Shown: piece by piece, positions 63,721 to 64,000 of the stretch | How positions within the stretch are numbered: the stretch's first letter is position 1 | How the letters are laid out: each line of letters opens with the position of its first letter | NCBI GenBank assembly: GCA_905178155.1 | Contig: CAJINV010000016.1 | Span: 1,083,386 to 1,147,385, forward strand | Origin: Amoebophrya sp. A120 | Taxonomy: Eukaryota > Protista > Dinoflagellata | DNA length: 64,000 bases | Reading direction: 5' to 3' | Position numbers and translations under genes: made by a program | Notes under the pieces: generated by a model | The model's database searches: none | The model's input: the letters and a program-made list of their open reading frames with translations, nothing else | What the model was told of the DNA's origin: nothing

Positions 63721-64000
63721 AACGCAAACTAGTCCTTGGCGTCATGTACGAATTGTCGTGGCAGTCGCTGTCCTATCTATCATCCATTTTCAGCTTGTAG
63801 CTCAGACGAAGCGCCGTCACAGCATTGGTCTCTTCGAATACGTATCAAGAAGAGTTGTTCTGTGTTTCATACTACAGAGAAGAAGAATGGCGGCGGCGAC
63901 ACGTGTTTTTATGCGTGTAAGGACTACTACTACAAGTGCCACGACCCGCCTCTGCACGTATTTTTGATTTCGATAATAAATAGCTATCTTGGTATGAACT

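Overview
Eukaryotic DNA, most likely from the parasitic dinoflagellate Amoebophrya. That assignment is inferred from the long low-complexity proteins and non-canonical introns, and is not verified. The ORF track is fragmented because the + strand genes are interrupted by at least 42 short transposon-like insertions (introners) of about 9 terminal-inverted-repeat (TIR) families. Almost all start TAT and end ATA, and sit between 5-bp direct repeats (DRs): 28 perfect, 8 with one mismatch, 6 more decayed. Removing each element plus 5 nt restores the reading frame at all 42 sites. This rebuilds recognisable proteins: a SAM-dependent methyltransferase, an At5g11700/DUF8003-like Gly/Cys-rich membrane protein with 21 such introns, a Rubicon-homology protein, an NTF2/SnoaL-like protein and several unknowns. 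The elements have no shared GT-AG, occur in both orientations, share an internal GCATNACAAA motif, and were seen only inside coding sequence. Also present: a 2.6-kb cargo-carrying introner, a 68-bp minimal one, nested foldback elements, triple 40-bp palindrome arrays, an intronless Dpy-30/RIIa-like gene, and minus-strand genes with apparently canonical introns in the first 7.4 kb. No transposase, rRNA, tRNA or CRISPR-cas locus was recognised. All coordinates and alignments were read by eye.
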